This document shows positions 5,551 through 12,998 of a stretch of 32,000 nt of DNA, piece after piece. The DNA is taken from NCBI GenBank assembly GCA_028713575.1, contig JAQTOB010000007.1, positions 1 through 32,000 on the forward strand. Direction: 5' to 3'. The stretch's first letter is position 1. Every line of letters begins with the position of its first letter. The notes under the pieces were generated by a model. It had not been told where the DNA came from. It saw only the letters and a list, made by a program, of their open reading frames with translations, and ran no database searches. The DNA comes from Patescibacteria group bacterium (GTDB lineage: Bacteria; Patescibacteriota; Patescibacteriia; UBA2591; UBA6264). The position numbers and the translations under genes are program-made.

Positions 5551-7602
5551 ATGTCGGAGAAACTGGAAAAAATACTCGTTTGGGCCGTAAAAATCGGTGT
5601 TGCCCTTATTTTATTTATTCCTTTACTGGTCTATAAAGGGACGTTTTATCCTTTTATTTTCCCCAAGGCCATAGTTTTCCAGATTCTCACGGAAGTCATT
5701 TTCGTTGCCTGGCTGTTCCTGTCTTTATACGCCAAAAACGAAAAAAAATACCACCTTGATTTTAAGAATCCTTTAATCATCGCTTTGACGGTTTTTATCG
5801 CCGTCTTGTTTTTGACTTCTTTATGCGGCCTGGATTTCCGCCGGAGTTTCTGGAGCACGGAAGAAAGAATGAACGGCCTGGCAACCATTCTGCATTTGTA
5901 TGCGTTTTTTTTGGTTTTGACCAGCGTCTTTTCCGCCCGAGGCGGATCCGCCTCCGGCGAAAAAAGCAAAAGGGACTGGCGGTTCCTTGTGTGGTCGAGT
6001 TTGTCCTGTTCCTTGTTGGTCGGTTTGTACGGTTTGGGACAGAAAATGGGATTGGATTTTTTAATAAAAATAAATGAACGTCAGATGACCGCCACCCTGG
6101 GCAATCCTATTTTTCTGGCCGTTTACGCCATGCTGAACGTTTTTCTGGCCGGCTGGCTTATGTCACAAAGCCGGAAATGGCAGGGGAAGATCATCAGCTT
6201 TTTGTTGATTATTTTCAATCTTTGGGTAATGCTGTCCGCTGCCTCGCGCGGAGTAATGCTGGCCTTTGGAATAAGCTTATTTTCCTTTTTTCTTTTTCTT
6301 ATTTTTACTTCAAAATCCAGATTGCTCAAGGTCGGCATTATTATTTTATTGATTCTGATTTTAAGCGGGTTGATTTTTATTCAACTGCCGCAATTCAGTT
6401 CTCAAATTAACAAGATGCCGATATTTGTTCGAAGGTTGGCAAATTTTACTGTCAGTGCCGCTGACCGTTTTGATGCCTGGCTGATTGGGCTAAAAGGATT
6501 CATTGACCGGCCATTGTCGGGATGGGGCTGGGAGAATTATAATTTAATTTTTAATAAATATTATCAGCCCCGTTATTTAGTTAAGGGAATAGACGCCACC
6601 TGGTTTGATCGTTCTCATAATCAGGTGATTGATGTGTTGGCCTTATCAGGCCCTTTTGGTTTAGTTTCTTATCTAAGTATTTTTGGCGCGATATTCTGGT
6701 TGATTTACAAAAAGACAAAGAGAGGAGACACATCAAAGAAAAATATTTCTTTAGTGATTTTAGGTTTGATGTTTTTGGCTTATTTTATTCAAAACCTTTT
6801 TGTTTTTGATACGCCGGCGCCACTTATTATCTTCTATTTTAGTTTAGGTTTGGTTTACTTTATTGCCAGTGATACATGGAGGTCTAACCTCCCAACTGAC
6901 CTCCCAAAAGAGGTCAGGCCTCGGGCGGGATCGCGTTTTCCGTTGCCGGTTTTGGTCCTTTTGGTCGTTGTTATTTCTCCGGCAATGATGTACAAATTTA
7001 ATTTTGAACCGTTTCAGCAATCGCGTTTAGGCGCCAAGGCCTGGAACGCAGCTAAGGTTGATTTTAATACTGCTCTTTATTGGTACCAAAAAGCTCTAAG
7101 CAAACCTTGTTTTACTAATTTAGATACCCGAGTTTATTTAGCCCAGATGATTGCTCAAGGACATAACGATATTGGAGAAAAAACCACGCAGGACGATTTG
7201 CAAATACTGGGGTTGGGCACGGAATTAGCCATTAGCGAATATAAAAAGAATACACAGGAACATCCCTGGGACGCCCGATATTGGCTTTATTTGGGTCAGT
7301 TATATGGCTTGGGTGTAAAATATGACCGATCATATATTGCAGAAGCAAAAAGAGTTTTAAATAAAGCTTTGTCGCTTTCTCCGAATCGCCAGCAGGTATA
7401 TTTTGAGTTGGCGAGGATTTATTATTACGAAAAGGAGTACGCAAAAGCGATCACCCTTTTGGAACGGACCGTGGTTTTATCTCCAGAAGTGAGAGAGTCA
7501 ATTCAGAAATTAAAAAATATGGTGGCAGTAGCGGAAAAAGAAAAACCAGATTTAGAAGAATTAGCTAAAGCAAAAAAGTTCTTAGAGTATTTGGCAAAAT
7601 AA
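5551..7602 (+). CDS. O-antigen ligase-like (Wzy_C family) polytopic membrane protein with a C-terminal TPR domain
   Basis: Many predicted TM segments. AASRGVMLAFGISLF and DRSHNQVIDVLALSGPFG match O-antigen-ligase family motifs. The C-terminal TPR-like repeats include ARYWLYLGQLYG and VYFELARIYYYEKEYAKAITLLERTV. ATG 5551 (MSEKLEKIL) is preferred because the track's TTG 5401 start would read through the dispersed repeat. Confidence 0.8.
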   Translation: MSEKLEKILVWAVKIGVALILFIPLLVYKGTFYPFIFPKAIVFQILTEVIFVAWLFLSLYAKNEKKYHLDFKNPLIIALTVFIAVLFLTSLCGLDFRRSFWSTEERMNGLATILHLYAFFLVLTSVFSARGGSASGEKSKRDWRFLVWSSLSCSLLVGLYGLGQKMGLDFLIKINERQMTATLGNPIFLAVYAMLNVFLAGWLMSQSRKWQGKIISFLLIIFNLWVMLSAASRGVMLAFGISLFSFFLFLIFTSKSRLLKVGIIILLILILSGLIFIQLPQFSSQINKMPIFVRRLANFTVSAADRFDAWLIGLKGFIDRPLSGWGWENYNLIFNKYYQPRYLVKGIDATWFDRSHNQVIDVLALSGPFGLVSYLSIFGAIFWLIYKKTKRGDTSKKNISLVILGLMFLAYFIQNLFVFDTPAPLIIFYFSLGLVYFIASDTWRSNLPTDLPKEVRPRAGSRFPLPVLVLLVVVISPAMMYKFNFEPFQQSRLGAKAWNAAKVDFNTALYWYQKALSKPCFTNLDTRVYLAQMIAQGHNDIGEKTTQDDLQILGLGTELAISEYKKNTQEHPWDARYWLYLGQLYGLGVKYDRSYIAEAKRVLNKALSLSPNRQQVYFELARIYYYEKEYAKAITLLERTVVLSPEVRESIQKLKNMVAVAEKEKPDLEELAKAKKFLEYLAK

Positions 7603-7603
7603 A

Positions 7604-8803
7604 ATGAAAATAAAAACATTAAAAAAAATAAAAAATTTGGAAAATAAAAAAGTCTTGGTTAGAGTTGGGTTTGATTGCCCGATTAAAAACGGAAAAATTA
7701 TTGACGATTCCAGAATCAGGCAAATTTTGCCGACCATTAATTATTTAATTAAGAAAAAAGCTAAGATAATTTTAATCAGCCATTTAGGCCGACCATTAGA
7801 TTATGAGAGTATTAGAACATTAGAACATAAGAATATGGAGATAAAAAAGAAATTCAGCTTACTGCCGGTTTACCGATATTTGAGAAATTTAAAACTGCCG
7901 GTTAAATTCGTTAACGACTGTCTGGGCTTGGAAGTGGAAAAGGCAGCGGGGAAGATGAGGCCCGGCCAGGTCATCTTGTTAGAAAATCTTCGTTTTTATC
8001 CCGGAGAAGAAAAAAACGATGATATCTTTGCTAAAAAATTATCCGCCTTAGCAGACATATACGTTAATGAAGCCTTTTCCGCAAGTCATCGGAAAAACGC
8101 TTCTTTGGTCGCCATTAATAAATATTTACCCGGTTATGCCGGTCTTTTGTTGGAAAAAGAAATAAAATATCTTAGTTCTTTTTTAAAAAATTCCAAACAC
8201 CCTTTGATTGTTTTAATGGGCGGGAAGAAAATAGAAACTAAAATTAAACCTATTAAAAATTTATTAAAAAAGGCAGATAAGGTTTTGGTCGGTGGTTCTT
8301 TGGCTAGCAATTTTTTTAAAGCCAGAAATGATGAAATTGGCCAATCTTTTTACGAGCCATCAATGTTACCTTTAACTAAAGAATTATTAAAAAATAAAAA
8401 AATTATTTTGCCGGTTGATGTTAAGATAATGGCGAATAAAAAAATAAATGTTATTGATATTTTAGAATTAAGGAAGATAAAGAAAGATTTTGAAATTTTT
8501 GATATTGGGCCGAAAACCGTTAAAATGTTTGAAAAATGTTTTAAAAATGCTAAAATGATATTTTGGAACGGACCAATGGGATATTTTGAAGAAAGGCGTT
8601 TTCGTCAGGGCACCATTTCTGTCGCCCAGAAGATTTTAAAAAACAAAAAAGCAAAAATAGTTATTGGTGGAGGAGAGACATTGATTATTTTAAAAAATTT
8701 AAAATTAGGAAAAAACGTTTTTGTTTCCAGTGGAGGAGGGGCAATGCTGGAATTTATGGAAGGGAAGGTTTTGCCCGGAATTAGGCCACTACTTGGCAAA
8801 TAG
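7604..8803 (+). CDS. pgk: Phosphoglycerate kinase
   Basis: VLVRVGFDCPIKNGKIIDDSRIRQILPTINYL, SHLGRP, LLENLRFYPGEEKND, FWNGPMGYFE and GGGA are canonical PGK motifs. The start lies 1 nt after the upstream stop. Confidence 0.95.
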   Translation: MKIKTLKKIKNLENKKVLVRVGFDCPIKNGKIIDDSRIRQILPTINYLIKKKAKIILISHLGRPLDYESIRTLEHKNMEIKKKFSLLPVYRYLRNLKLPVKFVNDCLGLEVEKAAGKMRPGQVILLENLRFYPGEEKNDDIFAKKLSALADIYVNEAFSASHRKNASLVAINKYLPGYAGLLLEKEIKYLSSFLKNSKHPLIVLMGGKKIETKIKPIKNLLKKADKVLVGGSLASNFFKARNDEIGQSFYEPSMLPLTKELLKNKKIILPVDVKIMANKKINVIDILELRKIKKDFEIFDIGPKTVKMFEKCFKNAKMIFWNGPMGYFEERRFRQGTISVAQKILKNKKAKIVIGGGETLIILKNLKLGKNVFVSSGGGAMLEFMEGKVLPGIRPLLGK

Positions 8804-8928
8804 GCGGTTTTGTCCCGCCCCAAGTCCGAACATACTTTGGTTGAAACAGAGAGTTATGCTCGCGGTGGACGCCTTCAGCTTACTCTAATTTTAGATTGAT
8901 TTTATTCAAAGACTTGAGGCGGGATGCT

Positions 8929-8980
8929 CAAAATTCTATCAAAAATTTATTCACTCCGTTCTAAATTTTTGAGAATTTTG
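8929..8980. other. Long AT-rich hairpin (18 bp of stem)
   Basis: CAAAATTCT-AT-CAAAAATTT (8929-8948) pairs with AAATTTTTG-AGAATTTTG (8963-8980) across a 14-nt loop. It sits directly upstream of the relic pgk 3' end. Confidence 0.7.
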
Positions 8981-8983
8981 GCA

Positions 8984-9048
8984 GGGCAATGCTGGAATTT
9001 ATGGAAGGGAAGATTTTACCGGGAATCAGGCCGCTGATGAAAACATAA
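8984..9048 (+). pseudogene. Relic second copy of the pgk 3' end (last ~21 codons plus stop), detached from any ORF
   Basis: GCAATGCTGGAATTTATGGAAGGGAAG (27 nt) is identical to 8741-8767. The remainder reads ILPGIRPLMKT* against VLPGIRPLLGK* in the live gene. The offset is 245 bp, so the relic is out of frame with pgk. Confidence 0.85.
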
Positions 9049-9500
9049 AAACTTAAAAATATAAAAAATTAAAATAATAATGATTAAAAAGAAGAAAAGT
9101 TTTGAGGATATAAAAGCCTGGCAGTTAGCAAGGGAATTTAGAAAGGAAATTTATGCTATTACCAGAAAATTTCCGCAAGAGGAATAATTCGTTCTAACAC
9201 CGCAAATAAGAAGGTCTGCCATTTCAGTGAGTTCCAATATCGCGGAGGGTTGGGGTAGATATTCATTTCAAGAGAATATTCAATTTTGTAGGACTGCTCG
9301 TGGCTCCGTTAATGAAGTTTTGGATCAATTATATGTCGCTTCAGGTGAAAAATATATTAACGAAGATGAATTTAAAAAGTTATACCAAAATGGCAGAGAA
9401 ATAGAAAAAGCGATTAATGGTTATATTGATTTTTTAAGAAAGCAAAAGAGTAATTTTTAGTTTTTTTAGTTTTTTAGATTTTTAATTTTTTAAGTTTTTA
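9046..9500. mobile_element. Inverted-repeat-bounded unit carrying the four-helix-bundle gene (MITE or cassette-like)
   Basis: The left arm TAAAAACTTAAAAA[TATAAAAA]ATTAAAA (9046-9074) matches the reverse complement of 9480-9500 (TAAAAACTTAAAAAATTAAAA), with 21 of 21 positions matching apart from one 8-nt indel. The unit fills the gap between the relic pgk stop and the eno ATG. The arms are AT-rich, so a chance match is not excluded. Confidence 0.4.
9080..9460 (+). pseudogene. Four-helix-bundle protein (23S rRNA intervening-sequence protein / Avd-like family) interrupted by an in-frame TAA at 9185-9187
   Basis: MIKKKKSFEDIKAWQLAREFRKEIYAITRKFPQEE * FVLTPQIRRSAISVSSNIAEGWGRYSFQENIQFCRTARGSVNEVLDQL follows the family pattern (FP.EE.F.L..Q.RRAA.SI.SNIAEG) straight across the stop codon. 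Confidence 0.85.
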
Positions 9501-9505
9501 AACCT

Positions 9506-10759
9506 ATGTCTAAAATTCAAAAAATAAAAGCTAGAGAAATTTTGGATTCAAGAGGCAGTCCGACTATTGAAGTAAATATTACTTTGGAAAACGGACTACA
9601 AGCCAGAACAGCCGTGCCTTCAGGCGCTTCCACGGGCAAATATGAAGCCTGGGAATTAAGAGATAGCGACAATGAACGCTATTCGGGAAAAGGGGTTTTA
9701 AAGGCTTGTGAAAACGTGGAAAAAATTATTGCTCCGTCTTTGACAGGACAGGAACCTGACCCTCAAAAAGCAGACAAACTGATGATTGAATTAGATGGAA
9801 CAACTAATAAAAATCGGCTGGGCGCTAACGCTATTTTGGGCGTTTCCTTGGCCGTGTCTAGGGTCGCCGCTTTAATGGAAAACCTTCCTTTATATCAGTA
9901 CATCAGAAAAGCTTATGACCTGACTATGGAAAAATACTTTTTGCCCACACCGATGTTCAATGTGATTAATGGCGGAAAACATTCTGATTCAGGTTTAGAC
10001 ATTCAAGAATTTATGGTTATTCCAATTAAAGGAGAAACTTTTCAAGAAAAAACAATGATTGGCGCGGAAATTTTTTCTGCTTTAAGAAAAGTTTTAGAAG
10101 CTCGCGGACTTACTTTTGCCGTGGGCGATGAGGGCGGCTTTGCTCCCAAATTAAAAAAAACGGAAAAAGTTTTTGACCTTTTAACATCAATTGCAGATTT
10201 TACCAAGCATCAATTAGGGACTGACGCTTTTTTGGGACTGGATGTGGCAGCTTCTGTTTTTTATAAAGAGAAAGAAAAAAAATATTTTTTTGAAGGGAAA
10301 AAAAGAAACAGCGAAGAGATGAGTAAAATTTATTGGCATTGGTTAAAAAATTGGCCCTTGATGTTGATTGAAGACCCCTTTTATGAAGACGACTGGGAAT
10401 GGTGGTCTAACTTTACAAAAAAAGTTGGCGATTTAAACAAAATAATCGTTGGCGACGATTTATTTACTACTAATACGGGACGTCTTCAAAAGGGGGTGGA
10501 GAGTAGGGCGGCCAATGCGATTTTAATCAAATTAAATCAAATTGGAACTTTGACAGAAACAATAGAATGCATTAATTTAGCGCGAGAGAATAAATATAAG
10601 ACTATTATTTCTCATCGTTCTGGAGAAACTAACGATGATTTTATCGCCGATTTGGCTGTGGCGGTCAACGCGGATTTTATTAAATCAGGGGCGCCGAATA
10701 GAGGGGAAAGAGTGGCCAAATATAATCGTTTAATGGAAATAGAGGAAGAATTAGGATAA
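9506..10759 (+). CDS. eno: Enolase
   Basis: IKAREILDSRGSPTIEV, SGASTG..EA.ELRD, SHRSGETNDDFIADLAV and ERVAKYNRLMEIEEEL are canonical enolase motifs. Confidence 0.97.
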   Translation: MSKIQKIKAREILDSRGSPTIEVNITLENGLQARTAVPSGASTGKYEAWELRDSDNERYSGKGVLKACENVEKIIAPSLTGQEPDPQKADKLMIELDGTTNKNRLGANAILGVSLAVSRVAALMENLPLYQYIRKAYDLTMEKYFLPTPMFNVINGGKHSDSGLDIQEFMVIPIKGETFQEKTMIGAEIFSALRKVLEARGLTFAVGDEGGFAPKLKKTEKVFDLLTSIADFTKHQLGTDAFLGLDVAASVFYKEKEKKYFFEGKKRNSEEMSKIYWHWLKNWPLMLIEDPFYEDDWEWWSNFTKKVGDLNKIIVGDDLFTTNTGRLQKGVESRAANAILIKLNQIGTLTETIECINLARENKYKTIISHRSGETNDDFIADLAVAVNADFIKSGAPNRGERVAKYNRLMEIEEELG

Positions 10760-10776
10760 ATTTCTAATTATTCTAA

Positions 10777-11052
10777 TAAATCTACGACATCTACGAGGTC
10801 TCGCCTCGTAGGTCGCCTCGTAGGTCTCGCCTCGTAGGTAAATCCACGAGTAAATCTACGAGGTCTCGCCTCGTAGGTCGCCTCGTAGGTAACCTCGTAG
10901 GTAAATCCACGAGTAAATCTACGAGGTCTCGCCTCGTAGGTAACGCCTCGTAGGTAACGCCTCGTAGGTAAATCCACGAGTAAATCTACGAGGTCTCGCC
11001 TCGTAGGTCGCCTCTAGGTAATCTACGAGGTCTCGCCTCGTAGGTAACGCCT
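10777..11052. repeat. Higher-order tandem repeat array: four units of about 63-74 bp built from the 9-mer CCTCGTAGG and its inverted copy
   Basis: Units start with TAAATCTACG at 10777, 10851, 10914 and 10981. There are 11 intact CCTCGTAGG copies plus 1 degenerate copy, and 5 copies of the complementary CTACGAGG. Each unit can fold as CTACGAGG-TCTCG-CCTCGTAG. Confidence 0.9.
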
Positions 11053-11129
11053 TGTATAATTTAGAATTTATAATTTGTTTGTCCCGCTTGGAGTTTTAAA
11101 TTATATTATTTGTTTTAGAATAAAATTTT

Positions 11130-12758
11130 ATGATAGAGGAGTCTAATGCTAAAAGTAAAGGTATATTAATTATTCTAGATGGTTGGGGAGTGGCGCCGCC
11201 GAGTCGGGGCAATGCGATAACTTTAGCTAAAACGCCCTTTTTTAATCATGCGGTTAAAAAATATCCTTATACAGAAATTTGTGCTCATGGTTTTTGCGCC
11301 GGTTTGCCGAAGAATCAGCCTGGGAATTCCGAAGCTGGTCATTTAAATTTAGGCGCTGGTCGCGTAGTAAAAGATGACGCCGTTTATATTTCAGAATCAA
11401 TTCAGGATGGAACCTTTTTTAAAAATCCGGCGTTTTTAGAAGGGATAAATTATTTTAAAGATAAATTTGCCTCATCAACGACCCGTCAAAAAACCCAGAA
11501 AGTTCATTTAATGGGCTTGGTCACGGAGGAAAGTAGCGCGCATTCTTCGCCAGAACATTGGTTGGCTATGATTCGTTTTTTAAATCAGGAAAATATAAAG
11601 GAGGTTTTTCTTCATCTTTTTACTGATGGTCGGGATTCGGGTCAGCACGCCGCGATTAAGATTTTAGAAAGATTTAACCAAGAAATAAAAAATAATAATC
11701 ATCATTCCGCCGATGAAACAAAGGTAGTTATTGCCAGTGTCGTCGGTAGGTTCTATGCTATGGATCGGACCAAGCGCTGGCAAAACGTTGAACAGGCCTA
11801 CAATCTTTTAACTTCAGGCAAGGGCTTAAAAGTAAAAAACGCTCAAGAAGCCATTATTCAGGCTTATAACCGCGGAGAAACGGATGAATTTATTAGTCCC
11901 ACGGTCATTGTTGATGAAAAAGAAAATCCTTTAGCGACTATTAATGATAATGATGTAGTTATTTTTATGAATTTGCGTTCTGATCGGGCCAGACAATTAA
12001 CCAAGTCTTTTGTACAAAAAGATTTTAATAAAAAAAATCCAGGTTCTTTTAAAAGAAAAAAATATTTTAAGGATTTATTTTTTATCGCCTTGACTGACTT
12101 TGGTCCTGATTTGGACGAAATAAGAACAGCTTATCCTTCACGGGAAATGAAAAATTCTTTACCGTCCGCGCTTGACGGGTTGCAACAATTTTATATTACT
12201 GAGACGGAAAAATACGCCCATTTGACGTATTTTTTTAACGGCGGTTATGATCATCCGGTAGCAGGCGAGGAAAGGGTGGTTATTCCTTCTCCTCAAGAAC
12301 AAAACTATGATCAAGTTCCGAAGATGAGTGCGGATAAAGTTTGCCAAAGAGTCATTAAAGAAATTAATACGGAGAGACCTGATTTTATTGCCGTTAATTT
12401 TTGTAATCCAGATATGCTTGGTCATACGGGAAATTTAGAGGCCACAATAAAGGGTGTGGAACATGTTGATAGGCAAGTGGCGAAAATAGTGGGCGTGGCT
12501 AAAAAGAAAAAATATTGGATCATTATTACTGCGGACCATGGCAACGCAGAGCAAATGATTAATTTGAAAACAGGAGAGATAGAAACCAATCATACGGTTA
12601 ATAGAGTTCCTTTTATAATCATTAATGCTTTAAAAGAAAATATAAAATTAAAAAAAGGCGGCAAATTAGCAGATGTGGCGCCGACAATTTTGGATCTAAT
12701 GAGTTTAAAAAAACCTAGAGAAATGACAGGGAATACACTCATTAGGACATTAGCATAA
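11130..12758 (+). CDS. gpmI: 2,3-bisphosphoglycerate-independent phosphoglycerate mutase, paralog 1
   Basis: ILDGWG, GNSEAGHLNLGAGR (catalytic Ser), FTDGRD, GRFYAMDRTKRW, ETEKYAHLTYFFNGG, NPDMLGHTG and TADHGNAE are all iPGM signature motifs. Confidence 0.95.
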   Translation: MIEESNAKSKGILIILDGWGVAPPSRGNAITLAKTPFFNHAVKKYPYTEICAHGFCAGLPKNQPGNSEAGHLNLGAGRVVKDDAVYISESIQDGTFFKNPAFLEGINYFKDKFASSTTRQKTQKVHLMGLVTEESSAHSSPEHWLAMIRFLNQENIKEVFLHLFTDGRDSGQHAAIKILERFNQEIKNNNHHSADETKVVIASVVGRFYAMDRTKRWQNVEQAYNLLTSGKGLKVKNAQEAIIQAYNRGETDEFISPTVIVDEKENPLATINDNDVVIFMNLRSDRARQLTKSFVQKDFNKKNPGSFKRKKYFKDLFFIALTDFGPDLDEIRTAYPSREMKNSLPSALDGLQQFYITETEKYAHLTYFFNGGYDHPVAGEERVVIPSPQEQNYDQVPKMSADKVCQRVIKEINTERPDFIAVNFCNPDMLGHTGNLEATIKGVEHVDRQVAKIVGVAKKKKYWIIITADHGNAEQMINLKTGEIETNHTVNRVPFIIINALKENIKLKKGGKLADVAPTILDLMSLKKPREMTGNTLIRTLA

Positions 12759-12998
12759 GGATATTTAGAAGATGCTTAGGAGATACGATACTTGGGGTAA
12801 GGTTTCTAAGTAAGGGCCCCTAAGCAAGTGAAATGATGAGGTGCGTCCCCATCAAGGATGTTAATATCCAATCCGCCAGTTAGCGGATAAAATCTAATTT
12901 TTCATTTGACATTTAATCATTTAACATTGATTTGACGCTTAGCATTTGAACTTTGATATTTACGCTGACATTTTATTTTTAACAAAAATGATAATTCT

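Noticed and set aside
5823-6410. Track ORFs 5646..5969(-), 5823..6077(+), 6123..6338(-) and 6177..6410(+)
   Set aside because: All are nested in alternative frames of the well-supported O-antigen-ligase-like CDS. Their arginine- and lysine-rich translations are typical of off-frame reading of a membrane-protein gene.
9046-9500. Diversity-generating retroelement, because the four-helix-bundle protein is Avd-like and a repeated segment (the pgk 3' ends) lies next to it
   Set aside because: The window has no reverse transcriptase. The differences between the two pgk 3' copies are mostly synonymous third-position changes of all types, not adenine-specific substitutions, so they are not a TR/VR pair.
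10777-11052. Possible CRISPR array in the repeat region downstream of eno
   Set aside because: The repeat units are 9-14 bp and almost contiguous, with gaps of only 3-5 nt. There are no unique spacers of 25-40 bp, no leader and no cas genes in the window. It is a tandem or minisatellite-type array instead.
12759-12998. A small RNA gene or tRNA in the spacer between the gpmI paralogs
   Set aside because: Some local pairing exists (CTTAGG/CCTAAG, and ACTTGGGG/CCCCTAAG with a bulge), and there is a family-A hairpin at 12871-12888. I found no cloverleaf, no recognisable known-RNA motif and no clear promoter-terminator pair. The evidence is insufficient to call a feature.
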